Positions 23,969 through 37,349 of a stretch of 64,000 nt of DNA are shown piece by piece; position 1 is the first letter of the stretch; each line of letters opens with the position of its first letter. This DNA comes from Okamejei kenojei (taxonomy: Eukaryota). The notes below the pieces were generated by a model. That model was not told the DNA's origin, searched no databases, and worked only from the letters and a program-made list of their open reading frames with translations. The stretch is taken from the NCBI GenBank assembly GCA_035221665.1, contig CM069159.1, forward strand, positions 19,468,001 through 19,532,000. The letters run 5' to 3'. The translations under genes and the position numbers were made by a program.

Positions 23969-26900
23969 GAAAGTCGGACAGTATTTGTCTGAATAAACAT
24001 GAGCTCCTTCATTACTGTTTTGAGTCGGTAGACTGGTCCATGTTCAAGCGCTCGCCCCTAAGTGGGTACACTGGTTTTGTCACAGTGTTCATCAATAAAT
24101 GTCTAAAGGACTACATGTCAAAGATGTCAATATGAGTGTTCCCCAACTGGAAACAATGGATGAACTGTGACATCCATTGCTAAGTAAGGATCAAGTCTAA
24201 GGCGTTCAAGTTGCGTGATCCCGATGTGTACAAGAAATCTGGATAGCACCATCATAAAGACATTAGGAATGCCAAGAGACAATTCCGGACAAACCACTAA
24301 AAGCCTGTTGATTCTGGCAAACCTTGCATGCTATAATGGACTACATGCCGAGTCAATCAGAATCACTAGCAATGACATTCCCCTTCCAGATGAGCTCATG
24401 CATTCTATGCTCGTCTCGAACACCACATCAATGGAATTATGTCACCCACCCCCTTGGGTGCTCATGTACCACACCCAGCTGCTTGGCAGCTGGGCAAAAG
24501 ATACAAATGTTTAAAAGCATGTATCACCAGATTCAGACAAAGCTTCTTCCCCAATTTTATCAGACCTCTAAGGATGAAATCCCCCAACCCCCAATCTATT
24601 TGTTGCAGCTCATGTACTTTCTTTAATCTGCAATTTCTATGTAGTTCTAACACAATATACACCACTCTGTTCTCTTTTGCATTACCTGATGCATTCATGT
24701 ATGGTGTGATTTGCCTGGATAGCACCAAATCAAAGATCATTACTGTACTTTGGTACACATGACATTAATAAACCGACATCAATGGAAATAACAATAGTAT
24801 GACTGAGCCTTTTTTTTATTTCAGCAGATGTTGCTATTAACTTTGCACTGACCAAATTATGAACTTTGCTTTTTTGCTTAAAGTATTGTGATGGTTTACA
24901 AACAGATGTGCAAATTTAAAATTATAAATTGGAAAATTAATATTTTATTCTCCAGTTTATCAAAGTAGAATATATGTATTTAAATAAATACGTAGTTTAC
25001 TTATTACTATTAAAATATGTGTACAATTTGCATGTTTTGAACATCTTTGTTGATATAAACTTTCGTGCATAGAAACCTAAAAACATTTGTGAGCTAATAT
25101 GAATTGTGTCAGGCGATGCAGTGGTATGATTGAATCTAAATGTGTGCTATGGTTCTTAAAGTATTTTAGCTCTCAGCCAGGAACATTAAGTTATTTGTTT
25201 TTCTTTTTGACCATACATAACACTGCTGTCATCTTCAACTTTGAAAAATCTGCTGAAGTAAATATGAAGTTGTAGAATTTCTGCTTATATAGACTTAGTG
25301 CAGTTTTCCTATGAAGCCTTTTAAATTTGCACATAAGATCGCAAAAGTAATATATAAAATATAACCGATACTGAAAAGATGACAATAGTAAAAAATTGCC
25401 GGAGTTTGGACAATGTCTATGGAGAGAGGACCTGAGTCGACATTTCATCTTTTGTTTTACCTGTAAATGTTTTTGACCTAAGAATGGACTGTGTGATTTA
25501 CATTCCATTGCACAGTATTTTGCTTTTAATTAATGGTTAATTTGTACACTTGGGGACAATTTGGTATTTAAAATGCTTCCAAAGTAGGCCAGAAGTAAAC
25601 TTTACATTAAAAGATCAGTCGGACCACATGCTTACTGGGTCTCGCCACCATGTTGGAATCCATGGCTAACCAGAGAAATGATATAGATACTGAACGCAGC
25701 CCATTTTAGTACATTTAGTTTAGTACATTTCTTGCTATTCCTACCGTATAACATCTGCTAAATTACTACTTTCAATTTTTAATTGGAACACGTCATGTTA
25801 TAACATCTTACCTTCTTTGGTCTGAATTGAGTAGCTCTTTAATTGCTCGGAAGAAGGGTTCTAACCCTAAGCGTCACCTATTCCTTTTCTCCAATGATGC
25901 TGCCTGACCCAGCGTTTTGTTACTCCAGCATTTTGTGTCTATCTTCGGTACAAACCAACATCTACAGTTCCTTCGACATGGTTTATCTTCTAATCCTTGA
26001 CAATTTCAATTAAGAATCGTGAATGATAAAGGAATTATTAATAATTTACTTTTGAATTAGATGGTGATTAATGTCACATGCAAAAGATATTTAGGCTATT
26101 AATTCAATTATGTGTAATGTTGATGCATCAAGCCCTATTAAATGCAGTCCTATGTACTCTTTGTAAAACAACAGTTTACAATTGGTATTTCAATACCACT
26201 AAATGAGATGTAATTATTAGTGTGCTGTTTTTGATATTATGCATAGTACTTAGGCCAAATATGGTGTCCCAAAGAAATGCAATTGGTAATGCCTTTTAAG
26301 AACTTGTTATTTATGATTTGCACTCATTCATGTTGATAAACTCAATCTGAATCCTTTGTAGTTGAGAACTGGCACCCCATCCATTCTCCACTATCCCTCC
26401 AATTCCCTCTCATCTCTGTTGTAGTGACAGTCATCACTAAAGAGATCTCTCCACAAGGACTGTGACTGCCATGGAGGTGATAGAGAAATGTTTGAGGTTA
26501 TGGAAAATGAGGTTGGCAGAATCTAGAATATGGAAGGTTCATTGATTTCCCAACTATGGAGTGGGGAAATTGGTGTCTTATGTTCACAGTGGCCCCGACT
26601 ACCTGAGCTCAATGGCAGTACTAAGTCCAGAGATTATAGCTCTATCATGGTTACCAGTTCATAGACCTCTCAATCTCTTATAGATGACCTGTAGGTCACA
26701 TTATTCCATGGACAGTTGACTATTGCATCAAGATATATTCCTCATTTTGTTGTGTATTCTTTACAAAGATTGCAAGTTATGACCAAAAATGATTTCACGA
26801 GTGAGATACATGATGGATGCATGAAAGAACATGCTAGTAAATCATGACAGAATGTGCTAGTGGAACGATCCTCAAGAGCAAATTAGAGCAATCTAAAAGA

Positions 26901-27659
26901 GGCACAAAATGTTTAAAGTGCATCTTGCTTATTGAAAAGAAAGAGAAAAAAGGTTGAATCCCCAGGAACATGTGTTGGATGGTCAGTGGAATGTGAATTT
27001 TAATGGGGGGGAGGGGGGGCTGTGGGGGGTCAGTGGTGACACGTGTCACTAAAGCAGCCATATCTGAGCCGTTGAACTGATTGGCTTGCTGGATGTTTTC
27101 AGAAGGCAATTAATATTGAATCATATTGCTATGGGTTGGGAGCTCTATTGGCCAGACGGGATTTCCTCCTCTAAAATACATTAATGAAAGTTGTTTTATT
27201 TTATTTTGCAACAGTGGTGTAACGGTGCATTACAGCGGCAGAGTCCCGCATTTGATCTTGACTGCGGGTGTTATCTGTGCGGAGTTTGTAGGTTATCCCT
27301 GTGACCGTGTGGGTTTTCTCCAGGTGCTCATGTTTCCTCCTAGTGCCAAAGACATGTAGGTTAATTGGCTTCAGTAAAATTGTAAATTGTCCCTGGTTAT
27401 GTAAAATAGTGTTAGGGTATGAGGTGATTGCTGGTTGGCGTGGGCTGAAGGGCTTATTTTCACATTGGATATCTAAAGTCGGACGATTTGCTTAAGGCTA
27501 TTGGAAAGCAAAAAGAAAAATGGCAAGACGGCTGCCAATTTAAAATGAAGGTCATCCATATAATCTGAGTAACAAAAGGTTTGCACAGCTGCAAGGGAAA
27601 AATTTCCATACCACAGCATGGAGCGGTTACCAGTAAGTTGGACCCTTGAAGACCAAAAA

Positions 27660-29503
27660 AGGTGAATTTATTAAGGAACAAGGAAATGGCAGATGAGTTA
27701 AACAGGAACTTTGGATCTGTCTTCACAAAGGAGGACACAAACAATGTTCCTGATATAGTAGTGGCCAGATCTGGGCTGTCAGAGGAACTGAAGGAAATCC
27801 ATAATTGGCAGGAAATGGTGTTGGATAGACTGATGGGACTGAAAGCTGATAAATCCCCATTGCCCGATGGTCTGCATCCCAGGGTACTTGCTGATAAATC
27901 CCCACGGCTCTAGAAATCGTGGATGCATTGGTGATAATTTTCCAATGTACTATAGACTCAGGAACAGTTCCTGTGGATTGGAGGTTAGCTAATGTTATCC
28001 CGCTTTTTAAGAAAGGCCGGAGAGAGAAAACGGGGAATTATAGACCAGTTAGCCTGACATTGGTGGTGGGGAAGATGCTGGAGTCAATTATAAAAGATGA
28101 GATAGCCGCACGTTTGGATAACAGTAACAGGATCAGTCCGAGTCAGCATGGATTTACGAAGGGGAAATCATGCTTGATTAATCTTCTGGAAATTTTTGAA
28201 GATGTAACTAGGAAAATGGACAAGGGAGAGCCAGTGGATTTAGTATACCTGGACTTTCAGAAAGCATTTGATAAGGTCCCACATAGGCGATTAGTGGGCA
28301 AAATTAGGGCACATGGTATTGGGGGTCGAGTGCTGACGTGGATAGAGAAGTGGTTGGCAGACTGGAAACAACGAGTAGGGATTAACGGGTCCCTTTCAGA
28401 ATGGCAGGCAGTGACTAGTGTGGTACCCCAAGGCTCGGTGTTGTGCCGCAGCTATTTACAATATTAATCAATGATTTGGATGAAGGGATTCAAAGTAACA
28501 TTAGCAAATTTGCAAATGGCTTACTCCTTATTCTTAAACTGTGGCCCCTGGTTCTGGACTCCCCCAACATCGGGAACATATTTCCTACAAATTTGCAGAT
28601 GACACAAAGCTGGGTGGCAGTGTGAACTGCGAGGAGGATGCTATGAGAATGCAGGGTGACTTGGAAAGGTTGAGGGAGTGGGCAGATGCATGGCAGATGA
28701 AGTTTAATGCGGATAAATGTGAGGTTATCCCGTTTGGTAGCAAAAACGGGAAGGCAGATTACTATCTAAATGGCGTCAAGTTGGGAAAAGGGGTAGTACA
28801 ACGGGATCTGGGGGCCCTTGTACATCAGTCTATGAAAGAAAGCATGCAGGTGCAGCAGGCAGTGAACAAAACGAATGGCACGTTGGCCTTTATAACAAGA
28901 GGATTCTAATATAGGAGCAAAGAGGTCCTTCTGCAGTTGTACAGAGCCCTAGTGAGACCACACCTGGAGTATTGTCTGCAGTTTTGGTCCCTTAATTTGA
29001 GGAAGGACATTCTTGCTATTGAGGGAGTGCAGCATAGGTTTACAAGGTTAATTCCCGGGATGGCGGGACTGTCATATGCTGAGAGAATGGAGCAGTTGGG
29101 CTTGTACACTCTCGAGTTTAGAAGGATGAGAGGGGATCTCATTGAAACATATAAGATTGTTAAGGGTTTGGACACGCTAGAGACAGGAAATATGTTCCCG
29201 ATGTTGGGGGAGTTCAGAACCAGGGGCCACAGTTTAAGAATAAGGAGTAAGCCATTTAGAACGGAGACGAGGAAACACTTTTTCTCACTGAGAGTGGTGA
29301 GTCTGGAAGAGGGCGGTGGAGGCAGGTTCTCTGGATGCTTTCAAGAGAGAGCTAGATAGGGCTCTTAAAAGTTGTGGAGTCAGAGTATATGGGGAGAAGG
29401 CAGGAACGGGGTACTGATTGGGGATGATCAGCCATGATCACTTTGAATGGCGGTGCTGGCTCGAAGGGCCAAATGGCCTACTCCTGCACCTATTGGCTAT
29501 TGA
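27660..29503 (+). mobile_element. CR1 LINE ORF2 (RT) 3' ~1.8 kb
   Basis: GNYRPVSLT, QHGFTKGKSCLINL, YLDFQKAFDKVPH, VPQGSVL and KFADDTKLGG motifs, then the CR1 3' tail. Confidence 0.95.
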
Positions 29504-31238
29504 TTACTGAGCCCGTGATGCTGACATAGCTAATCAAGAACTCTTTTCTCATGTTATGATGTTTACTGCCAAATCTGGCTCAAGATCAAGGCAAAAACAT
29601 GTTTTGTTCTTTGGCAGATGTAAAAACCTAACCTTCCCAATGTGCCACATACTTGGGACTTTAATTACATGCAAACGTTAATGTAACATGCAAGTAGTCT
29701 TGGGTTCACTCCATTACCATAAAGTCAAGAAAGTGTGATGTGTCTGAAGAAGGGTGTCGACCTGAAATGTCACCTATCCATGTTCTCCAGAGATGCTGCC
29801 TGACCTGTTGCGTTACTCAAGCACTTTGTGTCCTTTAGTGTATTAACCAGCATCTGCAGTTCCTTGTTTCTACGCCTTATTCCAAATTAGCATTCAAGGC
29901 AGAATCGTAGTAAATTAGATTCCACAATTAAGGAAATGCTTCATTTAACATGGCATACATCAAGTGGAATGTATCATGCTGAGACAAACCATTTAATCCA
30001 ACAGCGGCAGTGTCACAGTCCACACAAATCTTCTCCATCGCTAACACTTTCTCACTCCACAGATGTTTCCTCTACAACTGGCGGTTCTGCCATTTTCTCG
30101 TGTTATTTTAGTTCCAGTGCAGTTTTGTAAAATTATCAGGATGTTAGTAAATATTGGCTATTTTATTAGGGGACTAAAAAGAAACAATGGCATTTTGACA
30201 TTTTGTATTTTGGGAGAGTTTGTTTTATATTTTCATAATTCTTTACTTCCTTATCGACAGACTCGGCGCAGATGATTAACAGCATCTCCTCCTCACTGAC
30301 CTTCAACACAAGGGCACATGGCTGTGTGCTTGGCCCTCTGCTTTACTCTCTTTTCTCCCATGATTGTTTGGCCAAGCACAGCTCCAATGCTATCTACAAA
30401 TTTGCTGAGGACACCCGCAGCTGTTGGCTAGCTCCCAAGTAGCTGACAAGTCAGAATGCAGGAGATAGAACATGTGGATGAGTGGTGCTGCAACAACAAC
30501 CTCTTGCTCAACGTCAACCAAAATTAGAAACTAATCCTTGACTTCAGAAAAGGGAAGTTGGGAGACGACGTGCCTGTTTTCATTGCTAGTTCAGCAACAG
30601 AGAGTTAACAGCTTCACATTCCTGGATGTTAAAGTCTTGGATGATCTGTCATAGGCCTAGCACATGCATACACTCAGTAAATGATACACATGGATTTCTT
30701 CTATGAATGATCCGTGCCATTCAGTCAGGGAACTCCAGCAGGAAAATTGTGGTTTTGTAGTTTTCACAGAGCCGGAGGATACAATAGAAAATGAATTGCA
30801 GGAAGCTGTAGCCAAAGAAAAGACTTTTAACTTCATATATTTCCCAAGAGGGGATAACCGAGATTCTTATTTGACACTTTTCTCTTTCACATTTGGTTCT
30901 ATTCAGGGTTGTCAGTTCTAACTGACTTCAATTCATGGAAGGTTTTTGTGGATTGGTATGTTACTCAGCCACACTCTGATCATTGACTCATTCTTGTCCT
31001 CCGACAATTTTCTCAAATCAGAATCATGGCTTGTGAAATCATTGCTTTCTTCATCAATACCTTTTGTAAGACATTTATGATATTGAGGGAAAATGTAGTT
31101 CTGTTTAATACCATTGTGGATTTTCTGATGAGCTATTCACTGTTTGTTATGAAGGCTTTTCTTTAAATCAGAGATGACGAGAAAGGTTGACAGTCCAAAC
31201 AGCATCTTATATTGTTGGATAACTACTTTACCTGACTG

Positions 31239-32279
31239 TAGGTATGTTACAAAACTTACCTTGAGCGGCGCTGTAGTTCTGCCACTCCCCGTGTGCGCGA
31301 CTTTGGCACCTTTCAGAGGGGGGTGGGGAAGGGGGGGGTGTTTAAAATGCCGTTGTTCTCCAGACGGCAAATCAATCCTTCTCAGGGGATTTCTTGAAGA
31401 GAAATCGCTCCGACATGAAGGTATTTTTAAACTACGCTAGATCATTTATTAGCTAGAGTAATTTAGAAATCATCTTCTAAAGCCGTGAGTGCCGACAACG
31501 GGAAGGATTTTACGTAGGGGATAAAATAAGGTACACAGTTTATTTTTACATAACAACGTGCTTCATAGGAAGCCTTTAATCAAATTTTCATGTTGCGAAA
31601 AGGGGACAAAAAATATATACCAACTGGCAGTGTTTTTCCTGCCGACTGTGGGTTAAATTCACCGCAAATCGCAACATTCCAATCCACCGCATTCCACTAA
31701 TACCCACTCGCAAGCTGATTTAAATGGCCATTAATTTACGGAAATTAAACACTAAATTCCTTCCATTTGGCCTATAAATTGATGACAATGAGATTTTAAA
31801 ATCATGTTATATTGTGAATTATTGTGTGAATGTTATTTGGATACTTAGGCAATTTAAAAATGTTTATCTTTTCTTAAGAAATGGATAGATGTTTAGATCT
31901 AGTAATTGAATTTTGTAATTAGCTACAATTAGGTAACTAACTAATATATGCTTTACTTTCAGGCCATCCAAGTAGGATTGTTTCATATTTGTTTCAGGAT
32001 GCTCTAATCTATAATAACTGAAAATTTCTTTCAGTTCTCTTAATGTTTAAGAAAGTTATGGGCTTTTGACTATCCTCGATCACAACTTTTGTGTTAAGTC
32101 AATGAAAAAGCAATAGGGAACAAGATGCTAATTTCCGAGTATGAATATGACCATAACCTTTTTAATACTGAAGATATGAAAGTGAATTAGGTGTCAGATT
32201 AAACTTCTTTTTATGCTTTATCTGATGGGATAAATTGCAGACTTGATTTTTTAAATCTCAAAATTTTGTAGCATTGCTA
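31239..32279. mobile_element. Non-autonomous DNA transposon (MITE-like)
   Basis: Imperfect terminal inverted repeats TAGGTATGTTACAAAA ... TTTTGTAGCATTGCTA, with CTGACTG duplicated on both sides (31232-31238, 32280-32286). Confidence 0.65.
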
Positions 32280-33309
32280 CTGACTGTGGAAGTAATGAAA
32301 AATACTGAACGAGCGCATACTAAGTGACATCTTGTGAACATGTCTAAACTTCCAATACTCTAACAAATGAAGAAATGTGCTTTATTTATACCAAATAATT
32401 ATAACACGCAGAGCAACATTTCTGACTGTGGCGTTCTCCGAAGAGGTAAACACTCCTGTGAGCTGTACACTAAAACAATGCATAAGCAGAGTTCGTCATA
32501 TGCTTTAATTTCAAAAGAGGTACACACTCAATATTACATGTTACCGGTAATGTTCCATTGATGTAGATGCTGGTAAGTTAAAATCAAATCTAATATTGTT
32601 TTCAGTGAGTTTAATGGTTTCTAAAACAATGCACATTTATGATAAGGTAGACAAAAATGCTGGAGAAACTCAGCGGGTGAGGCAGCATCTAAGAGTGAAG
32701 GAAATAGGCAACATTTCGGGTCTCGACCAGAAACGTTGCCTATTTCCTTTGAATGCAAAGGAAGCTTGTTAGTCTTTGTAAACACTTCCAGCCAATGCAA
32801 GATAGACCTTATGGAACCATCTTAGCGAGGAGGAGCAGGGGGTGGGAGAGATCAGGAAAATGGTCAAACAAGTTTGCCAAATGTCAATTTCAGATATCAA
32901 TGTCTAAATGCCTGAACATCTGTTGCAAGTACTTTTTAGCCAATCTGTGGTAATAACTTCAAACATATGTCAGCTCATTTAGATCCATCACTTATTGGGA
33001 CTTTATTGGCTCTTGATATAAAGTTTAAAAAAAAAATAACTAAAGCTATCCACGAAGAATAAGCCATCTCTTTATTACCTTTCAGCTGAGATCACAAGCT
33101 CATGAGAAAATTATTTATTTGTAGGGGACCAAAAGATTGGGGAATGGAAAAGTTACATTTACCAAAGAAAAGAAAATCCACTTGTTAAAAAAAAAAATAC
33201 ACTAAGTGCTGGAGCACCCGAACAGGTCAGGCATCATCACTGGAGAACATGGATAGGCAACATTTTGGGTGATGACAATTCTCAGATTGCCGAGAAGGAG
33301 TTGGGGTGC

Positions 33310-33560
33310 TAGAGAACAAAACTGTTTGATGTAACCAACAAAAGGGCAGGCATTGGTGGAGTCCATGCGAGTGCCCATGGCGACAAATTTAACTTGAAGA
33401 AAGTGCAAGGAATAAAAAAAGAAGTAATTGAGAGTGAAAAGATTCCACCAGGTGGAGAGGAATGTTAGTGGAGGGAAACTGAATTGGGCTCTGTTCAGGG
33501 AAAAAGTGGAGGGCCATGAGACCAGGTGGGGATTGGAAGTGTAAAGGTAAATCCTCTTGT
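33310..33560 (-). mobile_element. Penelope-like element RT fragment
   Basis: LFTLNYFFF.SLHFLQVKFVAMGTRMDSTNACPFVGYIKQ resembles the PLE RT motif (F.Q..GVAMGT.M.P.YA.LF.G). Confidence 0.75.
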
Positions 33561-33665
33561 TCCTCAAGAAATACAGACTTTTTTCAGGAATACACCAGGA
33601 AATTGGGTTTCTACAAGAGGGCGTAACAGAAAGATCTAACTGGCCTCTGTAAAACTATCATGTGC

Positions 33666-33765
33666 TCAGAATTCAGAAGTAATTATGTTTTCTTTTTGGC
33701 TATTAACATTTTCCGGAGAGTCACTTTTGGCCAATCTGCTTTGGTTCCTGTGTTGCTTTGAGTTC
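33666..33765 (-). CDS. Cytoplasmic exon NSKQHRNQSRLAKSDSPENVNSQKENIITSEF*
   Basis: Strong acceptor ctttgctctttgtctttctcattag; open in the required phase 2; 3' boundary uncertain. Confidence 0.55.
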
Positions 33766-35287
33766 CTAATGAGAAAGACAAAGAGCAAAGTTGTGAGGAA
33801 TAAGTTCCCAAATTAATCTGTGATGCTCAATTAAGAACCACCCAGGAATATAAATCCAGAGTGATTATTCACAGCTTCTTCCTCAAACACACAACCAACT
33901 CTGTCACTCCACCCAATCCATTTACTTTTTTAGTAAAATGCCTTAGGTTATTTACCAATTTCAACATCAGTACAAGCAAATTCTACTCAAAGTTTAATGA
34001 ATTTTCAACTATAAAGAATGACAAAGGCGTGCCCGTATTCTATGATTTATCTTCTGAAACTACTTTCAAGTGATTCCTCAGGATCAATTTTGGACACCCT
34101 TTTTTCCACACTGTGAAGATATCCAGTTAACCTCAATTTTATCATTCTATTTATCTGTTATGCACTTCTGGCCATGTTACTCCCAGTTTTCTCAGCATGG
34201 CCCGGATGTGTATATCAATGAAACATTGGAAGTTAAATGCAATTACAAAATGCTTTAATTGCAAAGGAATCTGAGTACAAAGAGAGACACATTTGGTTCC
34301 AATTGCATACGAGTCTGGTGGGACTGCATCTCAAATATTATGTACTGGTCTGGTTTCCCAATCCAAGAAAGGAATTTATGTGATGAAGAGAGAGTAGTTG
34401 ATTCCTGGAATGGTGGCATTGTCATGAGGAGACATTAGGCAGACTGGGCCTATACCAATTATATTATATGTGGTACATTGTGATTGCATTGAGGCATTAA
34501 AAGTTATTATCATGGGAAAGTGAGGATGATGTTTCCCAAGACGAGCATGTTCGGAACCAGCATTTACAGTCTCACAATAAGGAGGTCACCATTCTGGACA
34601 GGAAGGAGAACAAGGTCCTTCACCTTGAAGATAAAGGTGTTTAAAATTCTTACCTGGGTGGAGGCTTAGTCAGTCGAGAGGGAGATGGGGAGAATTTTGG
34701 ATAATAAGGGATATGCAGGAAAGTTGTATTGAGATAAAATATCAAAGCAATGATCTTATTGAAGAGTTGAACAGGTGCAAGGGACCAATGGCCTGCATGT
34801 GTTCTTGTGTGATGAGCAGATTGAATGTGAATGTTTGCAGCTTCTGGTACATTTTCTGTCCATCATCAAGGCCATAAAAAATGACTCGCTGTCTGCACCT
34901 GCCGCAGCTGACCTTAGCCCGTGATCTGACAAATCTCTCATCTGAATCTTTTTTACTTTCAGATGGGGCTGTTGCAATGCTCTCTGACCAGCCCCATGGG
35001 CTTCTCTCACCTGTGGTTCAGCCAAACCATGGTGTTAAGCATTTGGTCTTACACTAAACCTTATTCCCTTTATTGTGTATCTATACACTGTGGATGGCTT
35101 GATAGCAATCATGTATTGTCTTTCTGCTCACTAGTTAAATTTTCACTGTACCCCGAGTCTGAGTTTCAAAATTCCTCATATCCTTGCTCCTTGCTGTTGT
35201 AAACCTGCTTACTACTTAATGCATATTATTGGAGAAAAAATGTTCATCATTTGTATAAAAAGGATAAAAGGCTATTGTAATGCTTAC

Positions 35288-35312
35288 CTCCATTTGCAGA
35301 AGCAGTCCCGAT
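35288..35312 (-). CDS. Cytoplasmic mini-exon DRDCFCKW(R)
   Basis: cctttttattgtatag|...TGGAG|gtaagc; 25 nt, phase 1 to 2. Confidence 0.65.
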
Positions 35313-35439
35313 CTATACAATAAAAAGGACACATTATTAGGGAAATTCTCCCATACGTGTCATTTTTTTCATCTGGAATCTGATTTTCATAATCTAGAAA
35401 ATTTGTTTTTATTCAATGACTTGACACATTTGACACTGG

Positions 35440-36328
35440 CAAACGGCCTGGTGGAGAGGTTCCACCGGCAGCTCAAGGCAGCACTGAAGGCGCGACCCTC
35501 AGCCCGGACTGGATGGAAGCACTGCTGTGGGTCTTGTTGGGCATCCGAACTGCGCCTAAGGAGGACTTGGGCTCAAGTTCAGCGGAGCTCGTTTACGGGT
35601 CGCCGCTCACGGTGCCCGGGGAGTTTGTTCCGTCGGCGCCGCGGCAGCAGGGACCGCCCTCATCCACCCTACAGCGCCCTCACGAGTGAGTTGGCAGGCA
35701 CGCGCCCGTGCCCACGACCCGCCATGGGACATTCCGCCCGCACGTGCCATCCGCATTCTGGGACTGCCCCTATGTTTTCCTGTGCTGTGACGCCCACCGG
35801 ACGCTGGTCCAGAGGCCGTATGAGGGCCCGTTACGATTGCTGGAGCATTGAGACGACCTTTGGACATGGGGGGCCGGCCGGAGGCCATGTCGATTGACCG
35901 GTTAAAGCCGACACATTTGGACATTGACCAGCCGGTGCTGGTTGCCCAGCCTCGTCCGTGAGATCGCCCCTCTTTGCAGCTCCCTCCTCCTGTCCCTCCA
36001 CCTGTGCCTCCGCCGGCCGCTCTGTTGGCCGACTTCCGTACGCGGTCCGGTCGGGTTGTACGCCCGCCGGTGCATTTCGTGCCTCCTGTTCTGGGGGGGG
36101 GGGGGGGAGCTGTGACGGCTCCCAAGGGTCAGGCTATTCCTCTCTCGAACCCCTCGGCATGGGAATGAACTAGTCCGGGGGCGGCCCTTAGCGACACGGT
36201 TAAAGGACAGGGGTTTATGCGCGATTGTTTTCTTGCAGACCCGACTGGACAAGAGAACAACAGCGAATAAAATATCTCCCGAAACACCCGGCTCCTTGCC
36301 TTCATTTCGGGCTTATCGCCGCGCTACA
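35440..36328 (+). mobile_element. Gypsy 3' end: integrase C-terminus, polypurine tract (~36093-36110) and 3' LTR (36111-36328)
   Basis: ANGLVERFHRQLKAALKAR and RTRSGRVVRPP remnants, a G-run PPT, and a TG...CA-bounded 218-bp LTR containing AATAAA; GC-rich. Confidence 0.88.
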
Positions 36329-36818
36329 CCATCAACCTTTCAAATTTTGACTCAACTGTTCTACATTGAGTAGAATGCTCATCCATCATTTTTGTAGGAC
36401 CATCTCTCTGAGTATTGCATGTTGCCACACTCTATTCAACTGTAATAATGGAGCTGACCATCGTAGGAATACTTTATTCCATAGGTATCGTACCTTGAAT
36501 TAATTTGTCATTCCAAATTCTTTCATTTCAATAAATAATCACATCAAGTGGGGAATGTTTCGGAAATAACAGCAGATGTTGGTTTAAATCGAAGATAGAC
36601 ACAAAATGCTGGAGTAACTCAGCGGGACAGGCAGCATCTCTGGATGCTGATGAACAGTCTGATGAAGGGTCTCAACCCCAAATGTCGCCCATTCATTCTC
36701 TCCAGAGATGCTGCCTGTATCGCCAAGTTACTCCAGCATTTTGTGTCTACCTAAGTGGTGAATGTTAACAGCTATTAAAACTTCTGCTTCACATTTGTTT
36801 GTTTACTAGTTAATTTAC

Positions 36819-36896
36819 CTTTCCTGCAGCAGAGCAGTAACAAAATCACAGTCGTCATGAAGATGGGCACCGTTACAAATCGGACAGGGAAATGAC
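36819..36896 (-). CDS. Transmembrane exon (S)HFPVRFVTVPIFMTTVILLLLCCRK
   Basis: tttttgttgtcttacag|...GAAAG|gtaaat; 78 nt, phase 1/1; hydrophobic span followed by a basic stop-transfer. Confidence 0.85.
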
Positions 36897-37349
36897 CTGT
36901 AAGACAACAAAAATGTGGGTTTCTTGTGGTTTGCATCAGTATAAAAGAACGCAGGCAAATATCAGTTAAATTGTCTTCCTTGCGAATCGATTCAGGGCAG
37001 TATTAATATCATGAATTGCAAATTCATTTCTCATTAATGCTGCTGTAGATTCTCCATGCCATTATTTGTGAGATAGGATTGTACCAGCCCATCTAGGTTT
37101 AGATTTCTTATTGACATGTTCACCGAGGTACAGTGAAAAGCGTTGTTTTGGATGACATCAAAGATCACATAAATACAATCGCATCAAACTCAAGCACAAT
37201 AAATAAAGCAAGGGAGAAGATGCAAAGTGCAGAATATAGTTCTCAGCATTGTAGCACATCAGTTTCATAGACAAAGCCCATGATAGTAAGTTTGCAGATG
37301 ATATCAAGATTGCTGGGCTCACGGACTGTGAAGAAGGATGCCAAAGTTT

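Noticed and set aside
35607-36252. GC-rich, Pro/Gly-rich overlapping ORFs / CpG-island-like region
   Set aside because: Explained by the Gypsy integrase tail and LTR.
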